Source: Felis catus
Lineage: Eukaryota
Direction of reading: 5' to 3'
Assembly: GCF_018350175.1 (NCBI RefSeq)
Contig: NC_058368.1
Span: forward strand, 149,422,001 to 149,486,000
Length of the DNA: 64,000 bases
Positions 63,905 through 64,000 of the stretch are shown piece after piece. Under the pieces are notes generated by a model. That model saw only the letters and a list, made by a program, of their open reading frames with translations, made no database searches and was not told the origin of the DNA. Position 1 is the stretch's first letter, and each line of letters opens with the position of its first letter. Made by a program: the position numbers and the translations under genes.

Positions 63905-64000
63905 TTCTTTTTTTAATGTTTATTTATTTTTGAGAGAGAGAGAGAGAGACAGAGCTCAGGTGAGGCAGGGACAGAGAGAGACACAGAAACACAGAATCTG
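63905..64000 (-). mobile_element. CanSINE 3' part (runs off window)
   Basis: 'aatgtttatttatttttgagagagag..acacagaatctg'. Confidence 0.92.

Overview
This is mammalian genomic DNA, almost certainly from a felid (Carnivora). It carries many tRNA-derived CanSINEs, including felid-type copies, and a young felid-type L1 3' end. The window is AT-rich, CpG-depleted and dominated by interspersed repeats: about 30 SINE copies or fragments, L1s of several ages, L2, MIR, a CR1/L3 relic, MaLR and ERV solo LTRs, and Tigger and hAT DNA-transposon relics. It also contains several microsatellites. I found no convincing protein-coding exon, RNA gene, CpG island or prokaryotic-type system, so it looks intergenic or deep intronic. 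The supplied ORFs are SINE, microsatellite, L1 ORF2 or chance read-throughs. I cannot support a claim of a new biological system. The best signals concern retrotransposon mechanics: a young L1 with an apparent 18-nt 3' transduction, repeated reuse of the same endonuclease target sites, a probable micro-inversion splitting a SINE, an intact solo LTR with promoter motifs, and unexplained unique islands inside L1 clusters. Repeat family names come from recognition by eye, not from a database search, and the boundaries of old elements are approximate.
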